Of a DNA stretch of 63,957 bases, positions 39,686 through 49,021 are shown piece after piece. The stretch comes from Actinomycetota bacterium (GTDB lineage: Bacteria > Actinomycetota > UBA4738 > HRBIN12). The position numbers were made by a program, and so were the translations under genes. The notes under the pieces were generated by a model, which made no database searches, was not told the origin of the DNA, and saw only the letters and a program-made list of their open reading frames with translations. Each line of letters begins with the position of its first letter. Position 1 is the stretch's first letter. Location of the stretch: positions 1-63,957 of the forward strand of contig DASUTU010000057.1 in assembly GCA_036374435.1 (NCBI GenBank), read 5' to 3'.

Positions 39686-40927
39686 CTACGGCAGGCCGGT
39701 CAGCCCTCGGCGAGGCGCCCCCACCAGGACCGAGACGTTCCCCTGGGGCAGCTCGCCGTCGGCCATGAGCTGGTGCGCCTTCCCGGCCTCGTGGTACTCG
39801 AACACTCCCCCGAGGGTGGTCTGGATGCGACCCGCGCGGACCAGGTCGTTGAACGCGGCGGCCTGCTCGTCGTTGAACAGGTGAGACCCCTGGTACCGCT
39901 TCTGGAGGTACCAGAGGTACCGGACGTCGATCACCGTGTCGTAGCCGGACGTCCCGGCGCAGATCACGATCATCCCGCCGCGGTCGCACACGAAGTTCGA
40001 CGTGGGGATGGTGTCCTGCCCGGGATGTTCGAACACGATGCGCGGGTTGGTTCGTTCGCCGAGCACGTCCCAGATCGCCTTGCCGAACGCCTTCGCGCCC
40101 TCGAACCAACCTTTCCAGGCCGGGTCGTTCCACGGGGGCGGCACGCCCCAGTGCGAGAACTTCGACCGGTCCACGTAGCCGACGGCGCCGAGACTCTTGC
40201 TGTAGTCGCCGCGTTCGTCGCTCGAGACCACCGCCACCGCGCGGCCGCCGGCCAGCGCCACGAGCTGGATCGCCAGCGACCCCAGGCCCCCCGAGCCACC
40301 CCAGACCAGCACCACGTCCCCTTCGCGAACCGTGTGGGGCGGCCATCCGTGGAGCATCCGGTACGCCGTCGAACCCGTCAGCGTCGGCGCGGCCGCCTCC
40401 TCCCACGTCAGGTGTTCGGCCCTCGGCAGGCACTGGTGGGCCTGCACCTTCGTGTACTGCGCGAACGAACCCCAACACGTGTCGTAGCCCCACACCCGAA
40501 AGCTCGGCGCGAGCCCCGGGTCGTTCCCGGCGCCCACCCAGGGGTCGTCGAGGTCCCACTGCCCCGCGTGTACGACGACGTGATCGCCGACCTTCACGTT
40601 CGTCACCCGGTCGCCCACGGCCGCCACGATCCCCGAGGCGTCCGAGCCCACGATGTGGAACTCGGTGGGTTCGCCCCAGCGGGCCTGGGTCTTCGTCACG
40701 TCCACCGGAACTCCGCGGGCCGCCCACACGTTGTTGAAGTTGACCCCGGCCGCCATCACGAAGACGAGCGCCTCGTCCGGCCCGACCTCGGGGACGTCGA
40801 TCACCTCGTCCCGGACCGCATCGACCGGCTCCCCGAACCGGTCGGGGCGAACCAACTGAGCGTGCATCCGGGGTGGCACCTCGCCGAGCGGCGGGAGCTC
40901 GCCGAGGTCGTAGACGTCCTTGCCCAT
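39686..40927 (-). CDS. ccr: Crotonyl-CoA carboxylase/reductase (enoyl-CoA carboxylase/reductase family)
   Basis: VMAAGVNFNNVWAA, GSDASG, WGYDT, LTGSTAYRML, VWGGSGGLG, VFEHPG, ICAGTSG, QGSH motifs. Confidence 0.9.
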   Translation of the reverse strand: MGKDVYDLGELPPLGEVPPRMHAQLVRPDRFGEPVDAVRDEVIDVPEVGPDEALVFVMAAGVNFNNVWAARGVPVDVTKTQARWGEPTEFHIVGSDASGIVAAVGDRVTNVKVGDHVVVHAGQWDLDDPWVGAGNDPGLAPSFRVWGYDTCWGSFAQYTKVQAHQCLPRAEHLTWEEAAAPTLTGSTAYRMLHGWPPHTVREGDVVLVWGGSGGLGSLAIQLVALAGGRAVAVVSSDERGDYSKSLGAVGYVDRSKFSHWGVPPPWNDPAWKGWFEGAKAFGKAIWDVLGERTNPRIVFEHPGQDTIPTSNFVCDRGGMIVICAGTSGYDTVIDVRYLWYLQKRYQGSHLFNDEQAAAFNDLVRAGRIQTTLGGVFEYHEAGKAHQLMADGELPQGNVSVLVGAPRRGLTGLP

Positions 40928-40965
40928 GGTGGTCGGCCTCCGGGAACGGCGTGAGTGGCCGGAGC

Positions 40966-41916
40966 CTATCCCGGTGCCGGAGACGGCGACAAAGCCGAGG
41001 GGCACGTCGCCACCCGTGGGCACCACGTGCAAAACGGGCCGGGCCGCAACGCAAGCGGATGCCCTGCCTGGGCCGCGGCCGCGGCGCGAACCGCATCGAT
41101 CACGCGATCGGCGGCGCGACCGAGCACCCGGGTGTCCACGTCTTCGGCCTGCCACTGGCCCGAGTCGAGGTACAACGTGGCCACCCGGTACGGCGGAACC
41201 CCGAACCGCAGCGCGAGCACGAGCGCGTAGAACCGCATGTCCTCGGCGTGCTCCGGCCAGGCCCGCCCGGTCTTCAGGTCGATCGCCAGCCGCGTGGCCC
41301 GATTGGGCTCCGCCGGCGAGGCCGCACCGAGCACGAGGTCGAGCTGTCCCGAGAGCACCAGCGCGCCGCCGAGCAGCTCGGCCCGGACGTGCCACTCGGT
41401 GGAGGGGGCGAGATGGCGCCGGAGCGGACGGAGCGGCGGGAGCGTGGCCCGGAACAGCTCGAGGGTCTTGGCCGCCTCCATCAACGTCTCGTCCCGCCGG
41501 AGCGGATCGAGGGCGTCCCAGTAGGCCCGGAAGCCGTCGTCTTCGATGAGACGGTCGGCCGCTTCGGCCACCAGCCCGTGGGCGTCCCGGTCCGCGCGGC
41601 CCGCCACCTCGAGCTCGATGGACTTGTGCGCGAGGCGTCCGGCGGCGAACCTGGGCGTGAACGAGAAGGGAGCGCGTTCCCCGGACCGGACGGCGTCGAA
41701 CAACCCCGGGCAGCGGCCCAGGTCGTTCAGGTTGGACTTGCCCAGCCACAGCGGCTCGGCCAGCTCGAACCCGCGGGCGGCGTCTTCGATCCGGTCGCGG
41801 ATCTTCGGCACCAGGTCGCCCGGCACCAGCGGCCGCTCGCCCGTCCCGATCAGCCCCTCGAGCGTGCGGCGCTGCGGGGCCGTCAGCTCGACCGCGCGCT
41901 CGAGGGTGGCATCCAC
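40966..41916 (-). CDS. PD-(D/E)XK (RecB/AddB-like) nuclease with 4-Cys Fe-S staple
   Basis: GQLDLV...IDLKTG...MRFYA nuclease motifs; N-terminal GRCP plus C-terminal CTWCPRVATC. Confidence 0.82.
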   Translation of the reverse strand: MDATLERAVELTAPQRRTLEGLIGTGERPLVPGDLVPKIRDRIEDAARGFELAEPLWLGKSNLNDLGRCPGLFDAVRSGERAPFSFTPRFAAGRLAHKSIELEVAGRADRDAHGLVAEAADRLIEDDGFRAYWDALDPLRRDETLMEAAKTLELFRATLPPLRPLRRHLAPSTEWHVRAELLGGALVLSGQLDLVLGAASPAEPNRATRLAIDLKTGRAWPEHAEDMRFYALVLALRFGVPPYRVATLYLDSGQWQAEDVDTRVLGRAADRVIDAVRAAAAAQAGHPLALRPGPFCTWCPRVATCPSALSPSPAPG

Positions 41917-41943
41917 GCGTGGATGGTAGGACTAGCCACCGAC

Positions 41944-42495
41944 ATGCCGGAGACGCCCGACGACATCCTCCGCGCGCTGGCCGACGCGGAGCGGCTCGCC
42001 CTCGCCGGCGCCCTCGCCCGCGCCGACGCGACGGCGGCCGGCCTGTCCGAGGCGCTCGATCTCCCCCTGACCCGGGTGCGCCGGCACCTGAACCGGCTCA
42101 CGTCCACCGGCGTGGTCCGCCTCGGCGACGACCGCCGGACCTACCGGCTCGACCGGGAGACGCTGCGCTGGGCGGCGGCGCAGGTCGGGCCGCCGCGCGA
42201 GGCCGGGCTGGCGCTCGGGGCGGCCACCGAAGACGAGGAGACGGTCCTGCGGACGTTCTTCCGCAACGGACGCCTGACCGAGATCCCGGCGAAGGAGTCC
42301 AAACGGCGAATCGTGCTCGAACGCATCTCGCTCGAGTTCGAGCCGGGGGTCCGGTACGACGAACGCACCGTGAACGCGATCGTGGGCAGGTTCTTCAACG
42401 ACCACGCGGCGATCCGCCGGTACCTCGTGGACGAGGGCTTGTTGTCTCGCGAACGCGGCGAATACTGGCGAACCGGCGGCCGCGTCGACGTCTGA
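41944..42495 (+). CDS. ArsR-like HTH plus DUF2087 protein
   Basis: N-terminal LRALADAERL HTH; C-terminal FFRNGRLTEIPAK...YDE..VN...D.AAIRRYLVDEGLL.R (DUF2087). Confidence 0.85.
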   Translation: MPETPDDILRALADAERLALAGALARADATAAGLSEALDLPLTRVRRHLNRLTSTGVVRLGDDRRTYRLDRETLRWAAAQVGPPREAGLALGAATEDEETVLRTFFRNGRLTEIPAKESKRRIVLERISLEFEPGVRYDERTVNAIVGRFFNDHAAIRRYLVDEGLLSRERGEYWRTGGRVDV

Positions 42496-42562
42496 ACGCT
42501 CGCGACCCCGATGCCCTCCGGCGCAACACGTTCGGCGGTGGTCTGCTGCTAGGGTCACGGCC

Positions 42563-43000
42563 GTGCGTGGCCCCGCCAGGACGGTCGTCCTCCTCTTCCT
42601 CGCGCTCGCCATCCTGTCGCCGCAGACGCCCGCGGCCGCGGAGCACCTGCCGGGGCCGTGTGCGCTGGAACGGGCGGAGGGTGAAGGTCCCCGCCGATGG
42701 GCCCGAAGGCTGATCCGATGCGCCACCGATGAGTGGCCGGTCGTCGGCGGAGCCAAACAGGCGATCTGCATCGCGAGGGCCGAGAGCGGCCTCAATCCGA
42801 AGGCGACCTCGCCGGACGGCACGTATGTGGGCCTGTTCCAGCACGCCGCCGACGCGTGGCCCGATCGGTACCGGGAGTGGACGAAGCGCCGGTGGCGGCT
42901 CGACGATCGCCCGCGCAACGCCCGCACCAACACGATCGTCACGATCCGGATGGTGAACGCGAACGGCTGGGGTCACTGGGACGGGGTCGGCGACTGCTGA
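42563..43000 (+). CDS. Small secreted lysozyme-like/lytic transglycosylase domain protein
   Basis: Signal peptide, IARAESG (catalytic Glu), GLFQ motif, GWGHW. Confidence 0.75.
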   Translation: MRGPARTVVLLFLALAILSPQTPAAAEHLPGPCALERAEGEGPRRWARRLIRCATDEWPVVGGAKQAICIARAESGLNPKATSPDGTYVGLFQHAADAWPDRYREWTKRRWRLDDRPRNARTNTIVTIRMVNANGWGHWDGVGDC

Positions 43001-43019
43001 GGCGCCTCGGGCCCGGGAC

Positions 43020-43595
43020 GTCCCGGCCCAGCCGGCGCTGAAGGGCAGCCGTCACCACGGCCCCGGCGGTCAGGCACGACAGGTTGACCGCCAGCACGGC
43101 CAGGGCCCCGAGGGCACGATCGAGATCCATCAGGCCGATGGCCACCCCCAGGCCGGCCGCGGCCGGGATCGTCGTGACCGAGATCGCCACCCCACCACCG
43201 CGCCGGCGCTCCGGCGCTCGAACGACAACATCGCGGCGACACCTCCGGCCAATGCCACGGCGGCCCCGGCCGCGCCGGGGTTCGTGATGAACGTCGTGGA
43301 GCACGCCCCGGCCGAACCCACCTCCGAACGGGTCGTGACCGACCTCCTCGGCCACGGCGATCGTGATCGCCCCCACCGCCGCCGCGACGCCGAGCCCGAT
43401 GAGCAGGGTTGCGGCGCCCCTGCCGGCGATCTGGAGTCGCCGGGCCACCAGGCCGGCGGAGAGAGCCGATAGCGGAGTCAGGTCCGGACTGAGGGCCATC
43501 GCGCCGACGATCAGCACCGGCTGGTCATCGTAGACGCCGATCGAGGCGACGAAGCCGGCGATCGCCATGATCACCAGGTAGGTCAGCGACAAGGG
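43020..43595 (-). pseudogene. Degraded DUF389 family membrane protein
   Basis: [12 protein letters not shown] and GVAISVTTIPAA motifs spread over three frames; no N-terminal part or valid start. Confidence 0.72.
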
Positions 43596-43649
43596 ACTGT
43601 CCTCCGCGGGGTGACCCGGACGTGTCGCTGGCCGTATGCTCGGCGGACC

Positions 43650-45242
43650 GTGGCCACCACCGAGGAACGACCCGCCGCCGGGCCCCCCGGGCCGAGCATC
43701 GAGGAACGCATCGAGGAGCTCCGCAAACGCCGGGCTCAGCTTGCCGATTCGGCCCGCAAAGAGGCCGTTCGCAAGCAGCACGAGAAGGGCAAGCTCACCG
43801 CCCGCGAGCGGATCGACCTGCTCCTGGACCGGGACACGTTCCAGGAGACCGATCCGTTCGCGGTGCACCGCAGCCACGACCTCGGCATGGAGCGGAACCG
43901 CCCGCCCGGAGACGGCGTGGTGACGGGCTACGGGACGATCGACGGCCGACGGGCGTTCGTGGCCAGCCAGGACTTCACCGTGTTCGGCGGGTCCCTGGGC
44001 GAGGTGCACGCGCAGAAGATCTGCAAGGTGATGGACCTCGCGATGTCCACGGGCGCCCCGTTCATCGCCATCAACGACTCGGGCGGCGCCAGGATCCAGG
44101 AAGGGGCGGCGAGCCTCGCCGGATACGGCTACGTCTTCGAGCGCAACGTCCGAGCTTCGGGCGTCATCCCCCAGATCAGCGTCATCATGGGCCCGTGCGC
44201 CGGCGGGGCCGTGTACTCCCCCGCCATCACCGACTTCACGTTCATGGTGCGCGAGACCTCGCACATGTTCATCACCGGACCCGACGTCATCAAGACCGTG
44301 ACCGGCGAGGAGGTGACGTTCGAGGAGCTCGGTGGCGCGATGACGCACGCCAGCAAGTCCGGTGTGGCCTCGTTCGTGGCCCAGGACGAGGCCGAGTGCC
44401 TGGCCATGGTCCGCCACCTCCTTTCCTACCTGCCGCCGAACAACGTCGAGGACCCCCCGTCGTACGCGCCGGTGGACGACCCCGAACGCGAGGACGACGG
44501 CCTCACCCGCCTCGTCCCGGACTCGGCCAAGGAGGCATACGACATGCACGAGGTCGTTCGCCGCGTCGTGGACGACGGCGACTTCTTCGAGGTCTTCCCG
44601 TATTGGGCGATGAACGTCGTCACGGGGTTCGCCCGGTTGGACGGGCGCAGCGTCGGCGTCGTGGCCAACCAGCCGAAGGTGCTCGCCGGGACGCTCGACA
44701 TCGAATCGAGCGAGAAGGCGTCGCGGTTCGTCCGGTTCTGCGATGCGTTCAACACCCCGATCGTCACGTTCGTCGACGTGCCCGGGTTCCTCCCGGGTAC
44801 CGAACAGGAGTTCAGCGGCATCATCCGGCACGGCGCGAAGCTGCTCTACGCGTTCGCCGAGGCCACGGTCCCGAGGCTCACGGTGATCACGCGAAAGGCC
44901 TACGGCGGGGCGTACCTCGTGATGAACTCGAAACACCTGCGGGCCGATGTCTCCTTCGCCTGGCCCACCGCCGAGATCGCCGTGATGGGGCCGGAGGGCG
45001 CCGTGAACGTCGTGTTCCGCAAACAGATCGAGAAGGCCGAGGACCCCACGGTCGCACGCGAGGAGCTCATCCAGCAGTACCAGCAGAAGTTCGCCACGCC
45101 CTACATCGCCGCCGAACGTGGGTTCATCGACGACGTGATCGAGCCGTCCCAGACGCGCCGGCGGTTGATCCGCGCGATGCGGATGCTGGCGACCAAACGC
45201 GAGGCCATCCCGGCCCGTAAACACGGGAACATCCCGCTGTGA
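43650..45242 (+). CDS. pccB: Acyl-CoA (propionyl-CoA) carboxylase beta subunit (carboxyltransferase)
   Basis: [71 protein letters not shown]-terminus. Confidence 0.95.
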   Translation: MATTEERPAAGPPGPSIEERIEELRKRRAQLADSARKEAVRKQHEKGKLTARERIDLLLDRDTFQETDPFAVHRSHDLGMERNRPPGDGVVTGYGTIDGRRAFVASQDFTVFGGSLGEVHAQKICKVMDLAMSTGAPFIAINDSGGARIQEGAASLAGYGYVFERNVRASGVIPQISVIMGPCAGGAVYSPAITDFTFMVRETSHMFITGPDVIKTVTGEEVTFEELGGAMTHASKSGVASFVAQDEAECLAMVRHLLSYLPPNNVEDPPSYAPVDDPEREDDGLTRLVPDSAKEAYDMHEVVRRVVDDGDFFEVFPYWAMNVVTGFARLDGRSVGVVANQPKVLAGTLDIESSEKASRFVRFCDAFNTPIVTFVDVPGFLPGTEQEFSGIIRHGAKLLYAFAEATVPRLTVITRKAYGGAYLVMNSKHLRADVSFAWPTAEIAVMGPEGAVNVVFRKQIEKAEDPTVAREELIQQYQQKFATPYIAAERGFIDDVIEPSQTRRRLIRAMRMLATKREAIPARKHGNIPL

Positions 45243-45249
45243 GGCGCCA

Positions 45250-45510
45250 ATGAGCGACGACCGCCGGTTCGAGCTCCCCGATGGGCTCTCGCCCGAGGAG
45301 GAGCGGGCGATCATCCGGGCCCTCGAGCGCTACTTCGCTCGCGAGAGCCCGCACCCGGAACCCTGGGTGCTGGCCGGCCGGGTGGCCGCGGCCGGGCTCG
45401 GGGCGCTCCAGGCCCGCCGGTACACGGACGTCCCGTGGCAGGTCGGCACGTACGCGCCGTTCGCCCGTCGCGGCGTTCCCGCCGTGCGCGGGCGAGCCGA
45501 CGTGGCCTGA
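45250..45510 (+). CDS. Probable acyl-CoA carboxylase epsilon-like subunit
   Basis: 86 aa directly after pccB; LSPEEERAIIRAL...PWVLAGR resembles the P.PEE.AA...W...GR pattern of AccE. Confidence 0.55.
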   Translation: MSDDRRFELPDGLSPEEERAIIRALERYFARESPHPEPWVLAGRVAAAGLGALQARRYTDVPWQVGTYAPFARRGVPAVRGRADVA

Positions 45511-45630
45511 TTCGGTCGTTCGGGCTTCCCCAGGCCGACGGACGGGAAAAACCCCTCGCTCCAGGTATGTGGCGCCCTACATACGGACGGTACGCCTGCG
45601 TACCCGATACTTGGGATGAACGAAGGAACG

Positions 45631-45760
45631 GTCCCGACAAAGGCAAACCGCCGGTGACGGCGGGACGCAAAGCTCCGGGCCTCCCCGGCTGCACCCGGGG
45701 GCACGGGGGCACTGGAACGCAGCCCCCGGCCCAGCAGGAGGTGGCCGAGCCGCCGAAGGA
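45631..45760 (+). ncRNA. c-di-GMP-I (GEMM-I) riboswitch
   Basis: AAAGGCAAA-CCGCCG[GTGA]CGGCGG-GACGCAAAGCTCCGGGCCTCC...GGAGGTGGCCGAGCCGCCGAAGG matches the GEMM-I core including the GNRA tetraloop. Confidence 0.88.
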
Positions 45761-45812
45761 CCCGAGCCCCCCGGCTCGGCCCCGCCGGGACCCAGACCTC
45801 GGAGGATCGAGG

Positions 45813-46081
45813 ATGGGCATCGTTCGAATCGCCCGCGGGGGTTCGGCTACCTGTTCCACTCTCGCGACGAGCAGCTGCGCCGCGCCCTCGGGACCCGCTC
45901 CTGGGCCGTCGGGGGCGAGAACGTGGGCGTCGGCCGGTCGGTCGAGACCGTCCGGCGCGCGTTCATGGCGAGCCCGTCCCACCGGGACAACGTCCTGAAG
46001 GAAGGGTTCGATCGCCTCGCCGCCGGGATGGTCGAGGCGGACGGCGTCGTCTGGATCGCCGTGGTCTTCTCCGGTTCGTAG
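45813..46081 (+). pseudogene. Truncated CAP (SCP/PR-1) domain protein
   Basis: C-terminal CAP half LFHS...GGENVG...FMASPSHRDNVL...G...W.A.VF is out of frame with the SD-preceded ATG 45813; signal peptide and N-terminal half are missing. Confidence 0.78.
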
Positions 46082-46135
46082 CCGCGCCGACGACGCGGTG
46101 TCGATACCCGGTCGATGCGGGACCATAAGGCCGTC

Positions 46136-46432
46136 ATGACCGCCGTGAAGACCGAGGGAGCCGCCCCCACGCGCGGTCACGCGCTCGACGCCTTCCGGGC
46201 CGAGGGGTGCTCGTCGCCGCGTTCGTGGGGCAACGGACCCGGCGACGGGTACGGGCGCCACTCCCACGCCTACTACAAGGTCCTGTTCTGCCTGCAGGGG
46301 TCGATCACGTTCCACGTCGAGGGCGACGACGTCGTCCTTCGACCCGGCGATCGTCTCGACCTCGGGCCCGGGACCGATCATGCCGCCACGGTCGGCCCGG
46401 AGGGGTGCCAGTGTGTGGAGGCCTCGCGGTGA
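46136..46432 (+). CDS. Cupin domain protein
   Basis: HSH...KVLFCLQGSITF...LRPGDRLDLGPGTDHAA cupin motifs; GTGA overlap with the downstream GT4. Confidence 0.8.
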   Translation: MTAVKTEGAAPTRGHALDAFRAEGCSSPRSWGNGPGDGYGRHSHAYYKVLFCLQGSITFHVEGDDVVLRPGDRLDLGPGTDHAATVGPEGCQCVEASR

Positions 46433-47553
46433 AGGTGGCCGTCCACGTCGACCAGCTGTTCTTCCCGGCACCCGGCGGGATCGGCACGTACCTGCGGAAC
46501 CTCGTCCCGGCGATGGGCCGGCGCGATCCCGCGCTCGAGATCGTCTTGTTCCACGCCCGCTTCGCGCCGGCCCAGGCCCCGGAGCGATGGATGCGGGAGC
46601 ACTGGGTCGAGGAGCTCCCGGCGTCGATCCGGAGCCTGTACCCGCGCTGGGCCCTGCTGGGGCGCCCGGCCCTTCCCGCGTCGCTGCGCGGCGCCGAGAT
46701 CCTGCACGCCGTGAACCATGCGGCCGTGCCGCCGGCCGCCGAGGGACAGCGGCTGGTCGTGACCGTGCACGACCTGGCGGTCGAACGGTTCCCGCGGCTG
46801 TTCCCCCGCTCCTGGCGCCTGCTGTACCGGCTCGGCCTGCGAGCCGCGGTACGCCGGGCCACCGCGATCCTCACGCCCTCGCGGAACACGGCCGAGGACC
46901 TCCTGTCGCGCACCGGCGTCGATCCCGCCCGCCTGCACGTGGTCCCGCTCGCCCCCGCGCTTCCCTCCGGCCCGCTCGACGTGGACGAGACCCTGTCCCG
47001 CCTCAAGGTGCCGAGCCGGTTCGTTCTGTTCGTCGGGACGCTCGAGCCTCGGAAGAACCTGGTCCGCCTGGTCCGCGCCTATCGGCGCGTGGCGGCGAAC
47101 GGGCTGCCCCACGCCCTGGTGCTGGCGGGTCCGCTCGGCTGGCACCACGAGGCATTGATGCGCGAGCTCGCGCTGGAGGGGCCGGGCGAGATCGTCATGA
47201 CCGGCCCCTTGTCCGGCGAGGAGGTCGACGCGTTGTACCGCGCCGCGGACGTGTTCGCCTACCCGTCGCTGTACGAGGGGTTCGGGCTCCCGGTGGCCGA
47301 GGCCATGGCCAGGGGCGTCCCCACGGTGGCCTCGGCCACGTCCTCGATCCCCGAGGTCGCCGGCGACGCCGCCCTCGGGGTCGACCCCCGATCGGTCCCC
47401 GAGCTCGCCCACGCCATCGAGTCCCTGCTCACGGACGTGGAGCTGGCGGAGCGGTGCGCCGCCAGGGGGCGTGCCCAGGCCGAACGTTTCTCCTGGGACG
47501 AGACGGCCAGACGGACGCTCGAGGTCTACGAACGCGTGCTGGGGGCCAAGTGA
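46429..47553 (+). CDS. Glycosyltransferase family 4
   Basis: GGIGTY, VHDL, VGTLEPRKNL, YPSLYEGFGLPVAEA. Confidence 0.92.
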   Translation: MKVAVHVDQLFFPAPGGIGTYLRNLVPAMGRRDPALEIVLFHARFAPAQAPERWMREHWVEELPASIRSLYPRWALLGRPALPASLRGAEILHAVNHAAVPPAAEGQRLVVTVHDLAVERFPRLFPRSWRLLYRLGLRAAVRRATAILTPSRNTAEDLLSRTGVDPARLHVVPLAPALPSGPLDVDETLSRLKVPSRFVLFVGTLEPRKNLVRLVRAYRRVAANGLPHALVLAGPLGWHHEALMRELALEGPGEIVMTGPLSGEEVDALYRAADVFAYPSLYEGFGLPVAEAMARGVPTVASATSSIPEVAGDAALGVDPRSVPELAHAIESLLTDVELAERCAARGRAQAERFSWDETARRTLEVYERVLGAK

Positions 47554-48479
47554 AGGTCTCGCTGATCACCACGGTCAAAGACGCCGCCGAGGCCGCCGGC
47601 CCGTTCCTCGAGTCGCTCGCCGCCCAGACCCGTGCGCCGGACGAGGTGATCGTGGTCGACGGCGGGTCCACCGACGGGACGCCCGAAGTGCTCCGCCGGG
47701 CCGACGGAGTCACGCTGATCGAGGAGCCGGGGGCGAACATCGCCCGGGGACGCAATGCGGCGATCGCCGCGGCCACCCACGACGTCATCGCCGCGACCGA
47801 CGCCGACTGCGTGCTCGACCCGGCCTGGCTGGAGCGCCTGCTCGAGCCGATGGAGGCCGGCGCCGACGTCGCGATGGGCTTCTACGAACCCATCGGCGAC
47901 GGGTTCCTCCAGGCGTGTATGGCCTCGATCAACCTCCCGCCGGCCGACGAGATCGACCCGGCGCGGTTCCTGCCGTCGGCGCGGTCGGTGGCGTTCCGGC
48001 GCGAGGCCATCGAGGCCGCCGGCGGCTACCCGGAGTGGCTCGAGATCGGAGAGGACATGTTCGTGGCGCGCCGGTGGCGCGAGCTCGGGCTCGACCTGCG
48101 GTTCGCGCCCGCCGCGATCGTGCGGTGGCGCCTCCGGCCGTCTCTGCGCGAGACGTGGCTCCAGTACTTCCGGTACGCCCGAGGCGATGCGGTCGCCGGG
48201 ATGCATCCCGAACGCCACGCCATCCGGTTCGGGGTGTACGGGGCCGCGGCCTACGCCTGGGGGTCTCGGGGGGCGCTTCGGAAGGCCGCCACCCTCGTCG
48301 GGGCCGCCGCGTACGCGGGCCGGCCCCTTCGCCGGGCGTGGACGCGGTTCGAGGACCCGGCGTCGCGAGCGGCCGCGATGCTCGCCGTCCCGGTCCTCAT
48401 GGCGACGGTGGACCTGGCGAAGATGGCCGGGTACCTCTCGGGCCTGTCGGCTCGGTCCGGGCCGGCGGAGCGCCGATAG
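47550..48479 (+). CDS. Glycosyltransferase family 2
   Basis: VSLITTVKD, VVDGGSTDGT, GRNAAI, TDADC (DxD), EDM. Confidence 0.9.
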   Translation: MKVSLITTVKDAAEAAGPFLESLAAQTRAPDEVIVVDGGSTDGTPEVLRRADGVTLIEEPGANIARGRNAAIAAATHDVIAATDADCVLDPAWLERLLEPMEAGADVAMGFYEPIGDGFLQACMASINLPPADEIDPARFLPSARSVAFRREAIEAAGGYPEWLEIGEDMFVARRWRELGLDLRFAPAAIVRWRLRPSLRETWLQYFRYARGDAVAGMHPERHAIRFGVYGAAAYAWGSRGALRKAATLVGAAAYAGRPLRRAWTRFEDPASRAAAMLAVPVLMATVDLAKMAGYLSGLSARSGPAERR

Positions 48480-48529
48480 AGTCCGTGACCGTCGGCGACC
48501 GGACGGCGCCACGACGAGGGAGGTACCAC

Positions 48530-49009
48530 ATGTTCCGACGGATCGCGATGTTCCTTGCGGTCGGATCCCTGCTCCTTGCCGCGTGCGGCGGGGGGGACGG
48601 TGACGGAGGCGGCGGGTCCGATATCGGAGGCGACGGCGGGGCCGGCGCGGTGTTCGACGAAGTTCGCTGCGCCGAGGTCGTGCAGGCCATGGCGGCCGCG
48701 GCGGCGGCAGTCCCGCAGACCATGAGCGGCGACGCCGGCGGGCTTGAGGACTCGATCGCCCAACTCGAAGCGTTCGCGAACGCGGCCCCCGAGGAGATCC
48801 GAGACGACCTCCGCACGGTGTACGAGGGATACGCCAGCGTGGCCCAGGCCATGGCCGACGCCGGCTTCGACCCCACGAGCGGGGAGATCCCGGACGCCGG
48901 AACCATCGCCGCGCTCTCGGCGGCGGCGGAGGCGCTCGACACCGCGGAGTTCCAGGAGGCCGCCCAGCGCGTCAACACGTACTTCGAGCAGGAGTGCGGC
49001 GCGGCCTGA
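48530..49009 (+). CDS. Putative lipoprotein
   Basis: SD GGGAGG; LLLAAC lipobox, Gly-rich linker, helical domain with two further Cys. Confidence 0.75.
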   Translation: MFRRIAMFLAVGSLLLAACGGGDGDGGGGSDIGGDGGAGAVFDEVRCAEVVQAMAAAAAAVPQTMSGDAGGLEDSIAQLEAFANAAPEEIRDDLRTVYEGYASVAQAMADAGFDPTSGEIPDAGTIAALSAAAEALDTAEFQEAAQRVNTYFEQECGAA

Positions 49010-49021
49010 CCGAACCGACCC

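Noticed and set aside
40966-41916. Cas4 of a CRISPR system
   Set aside because: No repeats/spacers, cas1 or cas2 in the window; the 4-Cys pattern is shared with AddB-like nucleases
45631-45760. 3',3'-cGAMP-sensing GEMM-Ib variant
   Set aside because: The position-20 equivalent is G (AGGCAAA), not A
45822-45830. GTTCGAATC tRNA T-loop-like sequence
   Set aside because: No acceptor stem, D-arm or anticodon arm around it; it lies in the start of the CAP pseudogene
46136-46432. Cupin as the missing RmlC epimerase
   Set aside because: It is about 98 aa with a generic metal-binding HxH cupin motif and lacks the RmlC DxRG and RGLH motifs
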